Assembly: GCA_016928115.1 (NCBI GenBank)
Contig: JAFGLI010000019.1
Coordinates: forward strand, 5,066-69,065
Length of the DNA stretch: 64,000 nucleotides
DNA from: Candidatus Woesearchaeota archaeon
GTDB lineage: Archaea > Nanobdellota > Nanobdellia > Woesearchaeales > UBA9642
Direction: 5' to 3'
A program made the translations under genes and the position numbers. Below the pieces are notes generated by a model. That model was given only the letters and a program-made list of their open reading frames with translations, had not been told where the DNA came from and did no database searches. Positions 1-8,284 of this stretch are shown here, one piece after another. Position 1 is the stretch's first letter, and the number at the start of each line of letters is the position of its first letter.

Positions 1-267
1 CAGTAATGACTGGTATATTGGTGAAAGCAGTTCATAATTCTCATCCAGCTCCTTCATTGTAATCTCCCTTCCGTTAACCCTTGCAGCCAGTTCCTCTCTT
101 GTGAGGGGCAGGTTGAGGTTAAGTACGACTATTGCCAGAGCAGCAATAACCAGAATACCAGTAAGAATAAAAAGCCAAGTCTTATCTTTTTTTCCGGTAT
201 TGTTTTTTCTCTTTTTATTTACATTATTTTTTCTGTTTTTGGATTTTTTTCTTTTATTATTAGCCAT
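1..267 (-). CDS. Partial CDS; the start codon is at 267 and the gene runs off the window start. N-terminus has a basic tail, a TM helix, then 'VNGREITMKELDENYELL', suggesting a membrane-anchored PpiC/SurA-type chaperone/PPIase.
   Basis: My own reverse-complement translation gives MANNKRKKSKNRKNN...TWLFILTGILVIAALAIVVLNL...VNGREITMKELDENYELLSPIYQSL in frame to position 1. A hydrophobic helix follows a Lys/Arg-rich tail, and the motif resembles the SurA/PrsA N-terminal region. Confidence 0.35.
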   Translation of the reverse strand, partial: MANNKRKKSKNRKNNVNKKRKNNTGKKDKTWLFILTGILVIAALAIVVLNLNLPLTREELAARVNGREITMKELDENYELLSPIYQSLL

Positions 268-365
268 TATTACCACCTTTTTTAAAAACTGAATTAATAA
301 AAATCCCAGAAATGAATCTGAGATGTGTCCAACACACCTCTTTTTGAAAACATTAAGCACACAAG

Positions 366-374
366 ATATATAAA
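366..374 (+). promoter_or_regulatory. Putative archaeal TATA box (atatataaa) upstream of leuS
   Basis: An AT-rich TATA-like octamer about 40 bp upstream of the ATG at 411; 'gtggtaac' between them could serve as a weak SD. Confidence 0.2.
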
Positions 375-410
375 TTTTTTGATTTTAACAGGGGCTGTGG
401 TAACCGCAAT

Positions 411-3400
411 ATGGGTTTTTCATTAAAGCCTGTTTTAACAGGAAAACATTTAAAAACCAAAACTGTTTTTTATTTCCTTATGGTAGATTTCAGAAAGACA
501 GAAAAAAAATGGCAGGATAAATGGGATAAGAAGAAATTATTTCAGGTTAAGAAAGACAAAAACAAAAAAAAGTACTATGTTCTCGTAATGTTCCCCTACC
601 CATCAGGCTCCGGACTGCACATGGGTCATGCATTTAATTATATTGTGGGAGACATAATAGCAAGATACAAAAAAATGCAGGGCTTTAATGTTCTGCATCC
701 TATGGGATATGACTCTTTAGGGTTACCTGCAGAAAATGCAGCCATTAAGCAAAAAGAGCATCCGGGGAAATACTCAGAAAAGGCTATTAAAAATTTTATG
801 GACCAGCAGAAATCCTTAGGTATAAGCTATGACTGGTCAAGAACTGTTGAGACTCATTCTCCTGAATACTATAAATGGGACCAGTGGATTTTCCTCAAGA
901 TGCTTGAAAAAGGCCTTGCTTATCAGAAAGAGTCTTCAGTAAACTGGTGCCCTGAATGCAAAACAGTATTGGCAAATGAGCAGGTTCATGACGGAAAATG
1001 CTGGAGGCATGAAGACACAAATGTTGAGATAAAACAACTAAAGCAATGGTTCTTAAGGATAACTGATTATGCTGATGAATTATATGAAAGTATTGACTCA
1101 TTGAAAGGGTGGCCTGAAAGGACAAAAGCAATGCAGAAGAACTGGATTGGAAAAAGCCACGGAACTGAGATTGATTTTGAGATTGAAAATCCAAATAAGA
1201 AAAAAGAAATTAGTAATGTTGTAATTATTCATGGTTCTCCTCATAGTAAAAAACGAGCAAAAGAAGAACCTCAAAATAAGGCTCATTGGATTTCATGGTT
1301 GAAAAAAGAATTAGAAAAACAAGAGATAAAAGTATACAATCCTTTAATGCCTAATTGTTGGAAACCAAAATATGAAGAATGGAAAAAAGAATTTGAAAAA
1401 ATTAACATTAATGAAGATAGTGTTTTAATTGGACATAGTGCAGGAGGAGCTTTTGTGGTTAGATGGTTAAAGGAAACCGGGAAAAAAATTAATAAATTAA
1501 TTTTAATATCTGCAGGGAAAACAACAACTAAGGAAAATAAAAGATTGCATAAATTTTACAGTTTTAATATTGGTGATAAAATCAAAAATAATGTGAAGGA
1601 AACTATTATTTTTATCTCAGATGACGAACCAGATTATAGGAAGAAAAATGCCATAGAATATGAAAAAAAATTAAATGGAAAATTAATCAGTTTGAAAAAC
1701 AGAGGACATTTCACTCTAAAAGGAATGAAAACAAAAGAATTCCCAGAACTTCTTGATGAAATTATTTCAAAAACAAAATTCCCAATATTCACAACACGCC
1801 CCGATACAATCTATGGAGTAACATTTATGGTTATATCTGCACAGCATCCAAAACTTGTTGATTTGATTACAAAAGAGCAGGAAAAAGAAGTTAAAGAATT
1901 CCTTAAAAAGCTTAAATCAGTAAGTGAAAAGGAAATGGAGGATATGGAAAAGGAAGGCGTCTTTACAGGCTCGTTCGCTGTCAATCCAATGACAAATGAA
2001 AAGATTCCTGTTTATGCAGGAAATTTTGTCCTTGCTGATTATGGCTCAGGAATGGTTATGGCTGTGCCTGCCCATGACCAAAGGGATTTTGAATTCGCCA
2101 AAAAATACAATATTCCTGTAAAGATAGTAATACAGCCTGATGCCTATGACATAAATCCTGAAAAAATGTCAAGGGCTTATACTGGAAACGGCAGAATGGT
2201 AAATTCAGGGGAATTCAATAATCTACCTAATAATATTGCAATTGATGAAATCACCAAATACCTGATTAAGAAAAAATCAGGAAGAAAAACAATACAGTAT
2301 AAACTAAAAGACTGGTGCATATCAAGACAAAGATATTGGGGAACTCCCATACCAGTAATATACTGTGATAAATGCGGGATTGTTCCTGTAGCTGAAAAAG
2401 ACCTGCCTGTTAAGCTGCCTGAAAAAGTGAAATTCGGAAAAGGCAATCCTCTTGAAACAAATAAGGATTTTGTGAATGTAAAATGCCCCAGATGCAAAGG
2501 CAATGCAAAAAGGGAAACTGACACAATGGACACTTTTGTAAATTCATCATGGTATTTCTTAAGATACTGCGACCCTGAAAATAATAAAAAGATATTTGAT
2601 AAAGAAAAGGCAAAATACTGGATGCCTGTTGACCAATACATAGGCGGGGCAGAGCATGCATGCATGCACCTTATTTATTTCAGGTTTTACAACAAATTCC
2701 TGAGGGACATTGGCCTTGTTGATGTAGATGAGCCTGCAGTTAATCTGTTCCACCAGGGAATGCTTCATGGTCCGGATGGAAAGGTTATGTCCAAAAGCAG
2801 GGGCAATGTTGTGCTGCCGAAAGAGGTTTCTGAAAAATACGGCATAGATACAGCAAGATTGTTTCTTGTCTCAATAGGCTCTCCTGACAAAGACAGGGAA
2901 TGGAATGAAAAAGGAATCCGGAGCAGCCTTAAGTTCATTGAGAAAGTGTATGATTTTGTAAAAAAATTTAAAGAAAATAAGTCATCACCAATTATTGAAT
3001 CAAAGCTGCATAAAGCCATAAAGACTGTCAGCCAGGATATAGAGAATTTCAGGTATAATCTTGCTGTAATAAAGCTGAGGAAATTATTTGAGGGCATTTG
3101 CGATGAAAAAAACATTACTAAAAAAGACCTTGAAATCTTCCTGAAAATGCTTGCGCCTTTCTGCCCGCATATATGCGAGGAATTATGGGAAAAACTTGGC
3201 AATAAAGGATTTATTTCAGAAGCAAAATGGCCCGGATATGATGATAAGAAAATAAATGAAAAAGCCCTGTACTCTGAGGAGCTTGTTGATAATGTAAGGA
3301 AAGATATTCTTGAGATTATCGGGCTGATTGGAAAAGATGAGAAAGGCATCTCAGAAATTACAATCTATATTGCAGATGAATGGAAATACGGATTATATAA

Positions 3401-3692
3401 AGAGATAAAAAAAGCTATGGAAAAGACACAGGACATAAACGAGATAATGAAAGCAGTGATGAAGACAGAATTCAGGAAATATGGGAAGTATATATCCAAA
3501 AACATGAAGACCATGGTTAACCAGATGCCCTCTATGGTAACTTCAGCAAAAGAGGAGAAAAAAGTGCTTGAAAATTCAGCTGAAAAAATCACTGACTTTA
3601 AATGCAGTGTTATTATAAAGTATGAAAAGGAAGCAGGCGAAAAAGCAAACAAAAGGGCACTGCCCGGGAAGCCTGCAATTGTCATTGAATAA
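411..3692 (+). CDS. leuS: Leucyl-tRNA synthetase, bacterial-type, with an inserted alpha/beta-hydrolase domain. An alternative start at 480 (MVDFRKTEKKWQDKW) matches canonical LeuRS N-termini.
   Basis: HMGH (HIGH-class) motif 'PYPSGSGLHMGHAFNY', 'GYDSLGLPAEN', 'TTRPDT' entry to the CP1 editing domain, 'AVPAHDQRDFEFAKKY', KMSKS as 'VMSKSRGNVV', and a C-terminal anticodon-binding region. About 190 aa are inserted between 'IDFEIEN' and 'TTRPDT'. Confidence 0.9.
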   Translation: MGFSLKPVLTGKHLKTKTVFYFLMVDFRKTEKKWQDKWDKKKLFQVKKDKNKKKYYVLVMFPYPSGSGLHMGHAFNYIVGDIIARYKKMQGFNVLHPMGYDSLGLPAENAAIKQKEHPGKYSEKAIKNFMDQQKSLGISYDWSRTVETHSPEYYKWDQWIFLKMLEKGLAYQKESSVNWCPECKTVLANEQVHDGKCWRHEDTNVEIKQLKQWFLRITDYADELYESIDSLKGWPERTKAMQKNWIGKSHGTEIDFEIENPNKKKEISNVVIIHGSPHSKKRAKEEPQNKAHWISWLKKELEKQEIKVYNPLMPNCWKPKYEEWKKEFEKININEDSVLIGHSAGGAFVVRWLKETGKKINKLILISAGKTTTKENKRLHKFYSFNIGDKIKNNVKETIIFISDDEPDYRKKNAIEYEKKLNGKLISLKNRGHFTLKGMKTKEFPELLDEIISKTKFPIFTTRPDTIYGVTFMVISAQHPKLVDLITKEQEKEVKEFLKKLKSVSEKEMEDMEKEGVFTGSFAVNPMTNEKIPVYAGNFVLADYGSGMVMAVPAHDQRDFEFAKKYNIPVKIVIQPDAYDINPEKMSRAYTGNGRMVNSGEFNNLPNNIAIDEITKYLIKKKSGRKTIQYKLKDWCISRQRYWGTPIPVIYCDKCGIVPVAEKDLPVKLPEKVKFGKGNPLETNKDFVNVKCPRCKGNAKRETDTMDTFVNSSWYFLRYCDPENNKKIFDKEKAKYWMPVDQYIGGAEHACMHLIYFRFYNKFLRDIGLVDVDEPAVNLFHQGMLHGPDGKVMSKSRGNVVLPKEVSEKYGIDTARLFLVSIGSPDKDREWNEKGIRSSLKFIEKVYDFVKKFKENKSSPIIESKLHKAIKTVSQDIENFRYNLAVIKLRKLFEGICDEKNITKKDLEIFLKMLAPFCPHICEELWEKLGNKGFISEAKWPGYDDKKINEKALYSEELVDNVRKDILEIIGLIGKDEKGISEITIYIADEWKYGLYKEIKKAMEKTQDINEIMKAVMKTEFRKYGKYISKNMKTMVNQMPSMVTSAKEEKKVLENSAEKITDFKCSVIIKYEKEAGEKANKRALPGKPAIVIE

Positions 3693-3727
3693 AACATATT
3701 CCTGTTTATTCTGTATTAATAAAAAAA

Positions 3728-3735
3728 TTTATAAA
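3728..3735 (+). promoter_or_regulatory. Putative TATA box (tttataaa) about 27 bp upstream of the pilin gene ATG, suggesting a leaderless transcript
   Basis: Spacing is typical of archaeal promoters for leaderless mRNAs. Confidence 0.3.
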
Positions 3736-3757
3736 CATTTAATAATTTAGATATAAC

Positions 3758-4216
3758 ATGAACAAAAAGGGGATATCTCCGTTAATAGCTACTGTACTTC
3801 TGATTTCATTCAGCGTAGCCCTGGGAACAATGGTCATGAGCATAGGCAGGCAGGTTGCAGACACCAGTGGAGAATGCGAAGGGGTTATTCTTGAAATACA
3901 GCAGCTTAATAAAAAAGCAGTCTTGTGCTATGATACTATTGAATCATCCATAAATGTAATCCTGAAAAATATAGGGAGCACTGAAGTCAATGGGATAAAA
4001 ATGAGGGTTATTGACATTGATGAAGAAATAAACGAAGTAAACATATCAAACTCAAAGATACTGGTTGGGGGAATATTCAAAAAAAACATACCCTACAGCA
4101 ACGGAATGGGGGTTTATGTTGAGTTTATACCTTCTGTTATGAAAGAAAGCGGAGAAATAATATACTGCCCCGGGAAAAGCGTTTCAATGGACGGAGTGCC
4201 TGTATGTTCGGCCTGA
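3758..4216 (+). CDS. Archaeal type IV pilin-like protein with a class III signal peptide
   Basis: N-terminus MNKKGISPLIATVLLISFSVALG matches the archaeal prepilin signal (K-G-I/Q-S cleavage site followed by a hydrophobic helix). Confidence 0.7.
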   Translation: MNKKGISPLIATVLLISFSVALGTMVMSIGRQVADTSGECEGVILEIQQLNKKAVLCYDTIESSINVILKNIGSTEVNGIKMRVIDIDEEINEVNISNSKILVGGIFKKNIPYSNGMGVYVEFIPSVMKESGEIIYCPGKSVSMDGVPVCSA

Positions 4217-4226
4217 GAATATAAAA

Positions 4227-5261
4227 TTACTCATAAAAAAATTCTTTTAGATGTGGGTTTTCTTTTTTTAATATCTTCAATGATTTATATCTAAGCTGAT
4301 TTGCCCTTTCTCTTGAGATGTTAAATAATATTCCTATTTCTTCCAGAGTGTGTTGATTTTTCCCGTTTAAACCATAATAAAACTCAAGAATCTTTCTGTC
4401 TCTTCCATTATATTCTCCTCTTGATTCCAGTTTATCAAGGGCTTTTGAAAGTTCATCATGAAGCCTTTTTTTCCTGTAATCATCTTCAGGCATACTTTCT
4501 TCAACAGGAATAAGCTCGCTCCTTTCATCTCCTTCTTCATTAAAGGGGGATGATTCATCGAGTGAAACAAATTCTGTGAATGCCGCTTTCAGGGTATATT
4601 TGCTGTATCTTAAATCAAGCATTTCATTGATCTCATCAAGAGTGGGCTTATAGCCATACTTATTTATAAACTTCTTCTCTGCTTTTTTAACTAAACTTAT
4701 AGAATATGAAAGATTAGCAGGCATCCTGATTGTTCCAATCATTTCAGATATGTGCCTGTAAATACCTGATTTTAACCAAAAATCAGCATATGAAATAAAT
4801 TTTATCTCCTTGTATTTATTCTTATCCCTGAATTCTTTACAGTAATACTTTTCTGCAGCTGTTAAAACCTTCTCTAATCCTGCCTGTATCAAGTCTTCCT
4901 CCTGCAAGGACTCGTCTGGATTGAATTTGAAATAAATATCTCTTGCTGATTTTATGAAAAAAGGAATATTGCGGCTTACGAGTATGTTCTTTGATAATGC
5001 CTTTATATATTCTTTTGGAACATTTCCGTTTTCTGCTTTTTCCTCAAGTCCGATTTTTTCAAGAACTGAAAGCCCGGGGATTTTTTTAATGGCTGTTTTA
5101 AGATTAGTATATCTTCCAGGATTATCCCTTATGTAAGCTAACTTAATTTCCTCTTTTGGCTCCAATAGCTTCACATCTTTAAGATTGCCGTCCTTGAAAT
5201 CCTTAGGAACTAAAATATTTGATACCATTTTTATATAATCTTTACTATTAAAAAGTAACAA
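4227..5261 (-). CDS. Sigma-70 family RNA polymerase sigma factor homologue
   Basis: Region 2 'EEDLIQAGLEKVLTAAEKY...IKFISYADFWLKSGIYRHISEMIGTIRMPANL' resembles DLIQEGNIGLMKAVEKF...FSTYATWWIRQAITRAI...IRIP. Region 3 'KPTLDEINEML'. Region 4.2 'TLEEIGILFNISRERANQLRYKSLKILKK' resembles TLEEVG..F.VTRERIRQIE.KALRKLR. It has no TFB-like zinc ribbon or cyclin folds. Confidence 0.75.
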   Translation of the reverse strand: MLLFNSKDYIKMVSNILVPKDFKDGNLKDVKLLEPKEEIKLAYIRDNPGRYTNLKTAIKKIPGLSVLEKIGLEEKAENGNVPKEYIKALSKNILVSRNIPFFIKSARDIYFKFNPDESLQEEDLIQAGLEKVLTAAEKYYCKEFRDKNKYKEIKFISYADFWLKSGIYRHISEMIGTIRMPANLSYSISLVKKAEKKFINKYGYKPTLDEINEMLDLRYSKYTLKAAFTEFVSLDESSPFNEEGDERSELIPVEESMPEDDYRKKRLHDELSKALDKLESRGEYNGRDRKILEFYYGLNGKNQHTLEEIGILFNISRERANQLRYKSLKILKKENPHLKEFFYE

Positions 5262-5300
5262 TAACTAAAAGATTTAAATATCTTTCCTTTTTAGCAGAAT

Positions 5301-5310
5301 ATATATAAAT
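5301..5310 (+). promoter_or_regulatory. Putative TATA box (atatataaat) about 28 bp upstream of the ATG at 5334
   Basis: AT-rich TATA-like element at leaderless spacing. Confidence 0.25.
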
Positions 5311-5333
5311 AACAGATTATTAAACAATAAAAG

Positions 5334-6131
5334 ATGAGAATAAAACTAAAATTTACAAAATCTCTGGAGGAAAACGCATCATATTATTTTGAAAAGTCTA
5401 AAAGGGCAAAACAGAAATTAGAGAAAACCAAGAAAGCAGTGAGGGATACAAAGAAAAAGCTGGAAAATGCAGAGAAGATTACGAGTGAAGAGATAAAAGA
5501 GGAAAAGAAGAAAAAGAAACTGAAGAAAGTCATAAAAAAGAAAAAATGGTACCAGAATTTCAGGTGGTTCATGTCATCAGACGGCTTTCTTGTTGTGGGT
5601 GGAAGGGATGCAACATCAAATGAGATTATTGTAAAGAAGCATGCATCCGGAAATGACATTGTATTTCATACACAAATGGCAGGAAGCCCTTTTGTTGTAA
5701 TAAAAAATCCTTTAAATAAAGACATTCCTGATTCCACAATACAGCAGGCTGCTGATTTCTGTGTAAGCTTCAGCAGGGCATTTGACGAGGGACTGCAGAC
5801 TTCAGAGGTCTATTATGTAAAGCCCGAGCAGCTTTCCAGGAAAACCAAAGCAGGAGAATATATGGGAAAAGGCGCATTCATGGTATACGGCAAGAGAAAC
5901 TACACAGAAGGGAGGCTTAATGTTGCTGTTGGAAATTACAATGGAACCACTATGTCCGGGCCTGTTGAGGCAGTTGAAAAACACTGCAAAAAATATGTCG
6001 TCCTTAAAAAAGGAAAAGAGAAAAAAAGCGAGCTTGCAAAGAAGATAAGGCATTTATTGGAATTAGATGACCTGGATGAAATAATAAGGTTTATACCAAA
6101 AGAGGCTGAGATTGAAGAAGTAAAAAAATAA
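5334..6131 (+). CDS. C-terminal half of an NFACT/Rqc2-FbpA family protein, with a coiled coil and the NFACT-R/DUF814 domain
   Basis: Lys/Glu-rich coiled coil, then 'WYQNFRWFMSSDGFLVVGGRDATSNEIIVKKHASGNDIVFHTQMAGSPFVV...EVYYVKPEQLSRKTKAGEYMGKGAFMVYGKRNY', typical of DUF814. Confidence 0.7.
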   Translation: MRIKLKFTKSLEENASYYFEKSKRAKQKLEKTKKAVRDTKKKLENAEKITSEEIKEEKKKKKLKKVIKKKKWYQNFRWFMSSDGFLVVGGRDATSNEIIVKKHASGNDIVFHTQMAGSPFVVIKNPLNKDIPDSTIQQAADFCVSFSRAFDEGLQTSEVYYVKPEQLSRKTKAGEYMGKGAFMVYGKRNYTEGRLNVAVGNYNGTTMSGPVEAVEKHCKKYVVLKKGKEKKSELAKKIRHLLELDDLDEIIRFIPKEAEIEEVKK

Positions 6132-6137
6132 AACCAA

Positions 6138-7583
6138 TCAGTTTCTTTTATATAATTTATAAGTTTCTGTTTTATATATTAATTTATTGCTTCTTATTAT
6201 CTCTAAAATCTTTTCTCTTTGCTCCGGACATTTTTCATCAACGGGATTACATTCTATAGAACTAAAAATTATATAATTATAATCTTTTTCTTCTAAAATA
6301 TCTTTCAGCCGCGGCATGCTATAATAATAAGCAATATACATTTTATTATCGATAAATACAGAAGGAAATGGGGTTGTTGTAATAACAGAGCCATTCAGGT
6401 TATTTTCTTTTAAGAAAGAATAAAAATCTTCATCCTTACCCGAAGTATTCAAAAGTTTAACAAGATTGTGTGTTGAGGAAAAAGGAATAATCAGAATGAT
6501 AATGAATATCAGAATTAAAGAAGCAGATAAAACATATTTATTCAGCCATTTCTGCCTTTTCAGAATATTAAAAATGCCATCAACCCCCAAACCTACAAAT
6601 AAGGCCATGAATGAAAAAAAAGCTAAACCATATCTTATTTCCTTATGTGAAGAAATACTGAAATATAAGGCAAATATCAGAAAAGCAAACAGAAAAACCA
6701 GTTTTTCTTTGTTTTTGTAATATTTTCTTCTAAAAAAGAAATATAAACCAGGCAATGAAAACCAAAATAAAGGATTCTGTAAAAAAATATTCTTAAAATA
6801 ATAAAGAAAACCTCCGGTATGAAAAAAACTCGTTATGTTTGATGTATAAATGCCCCCAAGTAAGGGCATGAATATTCTCTGAAAAAAGACCAAATCCTCT
6901 GATTCAAACATAAAATAAGAATATAAACACAAAACCACCACAGAAGAAATAAAAGGAATCCATATTTTTAATAGATTTAAAAGATTATCATTAAATTTTG
7001 TCTTATCTTTTATAATCTCTATGAAAAGCACAATGGTTAAAACCAATATAGACAAAGCAAAAGGAAATCTTGTTAAAAAAGCCAAGCCACAGAACACTCC
7101 TGCAAAAAAATATCTCTCTTTATTGAAAAAATAAAAACTAATAAATACCAACAACAAAGCAGGAAGTGTTGTAAAAATCCTAAAAGAATTAATAAAAAAA
7201 ACAGGCGTAATTATTAAAACAATAACTGCAATCAAAGAAATTGCTTTATTAAATACCTTCGCCCCAAAAAAATAAAGATAAAAAAGAAATAAAGAAGATA
7301 TAACTATAGATAAAATTCTTCCCATTATCAGGGGATCAAAAGATAATTTCCATAAAAAACCATTAATCAGAGACAATAATGGGGGTCTAAATGGCTCTAT
7401 GAATGCATTTCTGCCCAAGGAATAGAAATATTTCCCCATTGCAATATAAACTGCTTCATCCCAATAAATTTTTTGTCCTTTAAAAATTAGCAACTGAAAA
7501 ACAAAAAAAGCAAAGATAATAACAAGAATTAGAATTTTAGTTTCTTTAAAATTATTAAGAAAATCCTTTTTTTTAATATTCAT
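6138..7583 (-). CDS. GT-C fold glycosyltransferase, ArnT/PMT (GT39/83)-like polytopic membrane protein
   Basis: Multiple TM helices. The first extracytoplasmic loop 'IYWDEAVYIAMGKYFYSLGRNAFIEPFRPPLLSL' matches the ArnT-family DE..Y......KPPL motif. A C-terminal soluble domain is present. Confidence 0.6.
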   Translation of the reverse strand: MNIKKKDFLNNFKETKILILVIIFAFFVFQLLIFKGQKIYWDEAVYIAMGKYFYSLGRNAFIEPFRPPLLSLINGFLWKLSFDPLIMGRILSIVISSLFLFYLYFFGAKVFNKAISLIAVIVLIITPVFFINSFRIFTTLPALLLVFISFYFFNKERYFFAGVFCGLAFLTRFPFALSILVLTIVLFIEIIKDKTKFNDNLLNLLKIWIPFISSVVVLCLYSYFMFESEDLVFFQRIFMPLLGGIYTSNITSFFHTGGFLYYFKNIFLQNPLFWFSLPGLYFFFRRKYYKNKEKLVFLFAFLIFALYFSISSHKEIRYGLAFFSFMALFVGLGVDGIFNILKRQKWLNKYVLSASLILIFIIILIIPFSSTHNLVKLLNTSGKDEDFYSFLKENNLNGSVITTTPFPSVFIDNKMYIAYYYSMPRLKDILEEKDYNYIIFSSIECNPVDEKCPEQREKILEIIRSNKLIYKTETYKLYKRN

Positions 7584-7591
7584 TTTTAAAT

Positions 7592-8284
7592 TTAATTATC
7601 TGAGTCATTGCACTCTTCAATATCCCCATAATAAGAGCAGATTTTTTCAACTATCTTTTCTTTGGTGGTGAATGCAGGAAACTTCTCATCCTCAATTATT
7701 AATGTTGGGTACTGAGTAATGTTATATTGCTGCTTGAGAATCTCGACCATGGGCTCATTAAGCTGCTCATCTATCGGAAAGTTTAAAAGCTTTTCACCGA
7801 AATATTTTTTAAGGTAAGTAAGAACAAATTCCTGCTTCTCGCACATAGGGCATTTTTTATCATCTGAATAAAAATAAAGTATACTCACTCCCTTACGACC
7901 GCAGACATCCTTTACTTCATTTGCAAGCATCCAGTAATTAATCTGCTCCAATGTATACTTTCTTTTCAGCAGCTCGAACTTCTCATCATTTATTTTGCTG
8001 TCTTTTTCATAATTAACCAGCTTTACTCTTGTCTTTTCCAGCTCCACAAGGTTTTTCTCCAATGAAGAATAAAGAACAGAGCACGGCAGGTCTTCTTTTA
8101 ACCCAAGAAGATATTTATATTGTAATTGTGAAGAGCTGAGCTCAACCTCATGCTCCTCATACATTGATTCAACATAATAAGTTCTCTGGCCTTCTATAAT
8201 CAAGCCCAAGGATAAGCCAAGGGCAAATATCAGTAATGTAATTATTCCTGCCATCACATACCTTTTCCAGCTGAATTCTACCAT
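7592..8284 (-). CDS. Membrane-anchored thioredoxin-fold protein with a CxxC active site
   Basis: N-terminal TM helix; 'ILYFYSDDKKCPMCEKQE' (CPMC) and a downstream 'YPTLII' cis-Pro-like motif, typical of the thioredoxin/DsbA fold. Confidence 0.45.
   Translation of the reverse strand: MVEFSWKRYVMAGIITLLIFALGLSLGLIIEGQRTYYVESMYEEHEVELSSSQLQYKYLLGLKEDLPCSVLYSSLEKNLVELEKTRVKLVNYEKDSKINDEKFELLKRKYTLEQINYWMLANEVKDVCGRKGVSILYFYSDDKKCPMCEKQEFVLTYLKKYFGEKLLNFPIDEQLNEPMVEILKQQYNITQYPTLIIEDEKFPAFTTKEKIVEKICSYYGDIEECNDSDN

Noticed and set aside
101-292. A 63-aa + strand ORF at the window start
   Set aside because: Low-complexity Phe/Leu-rich translation that lies antisense to a convincing partial minus-strand gene (1..267) with a TM helix and a PPIase-like motif.
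895-3697. Multiple minus-strand ORFs (99-194 aa) inside leuS
   Set aside because: They are antisense to a strongly supported 1093-aa LeuRS ORF. Their translations are Ser/Phe/Leu-rich with no motifs, the typical shadow ORFs of an AT-rich genome.
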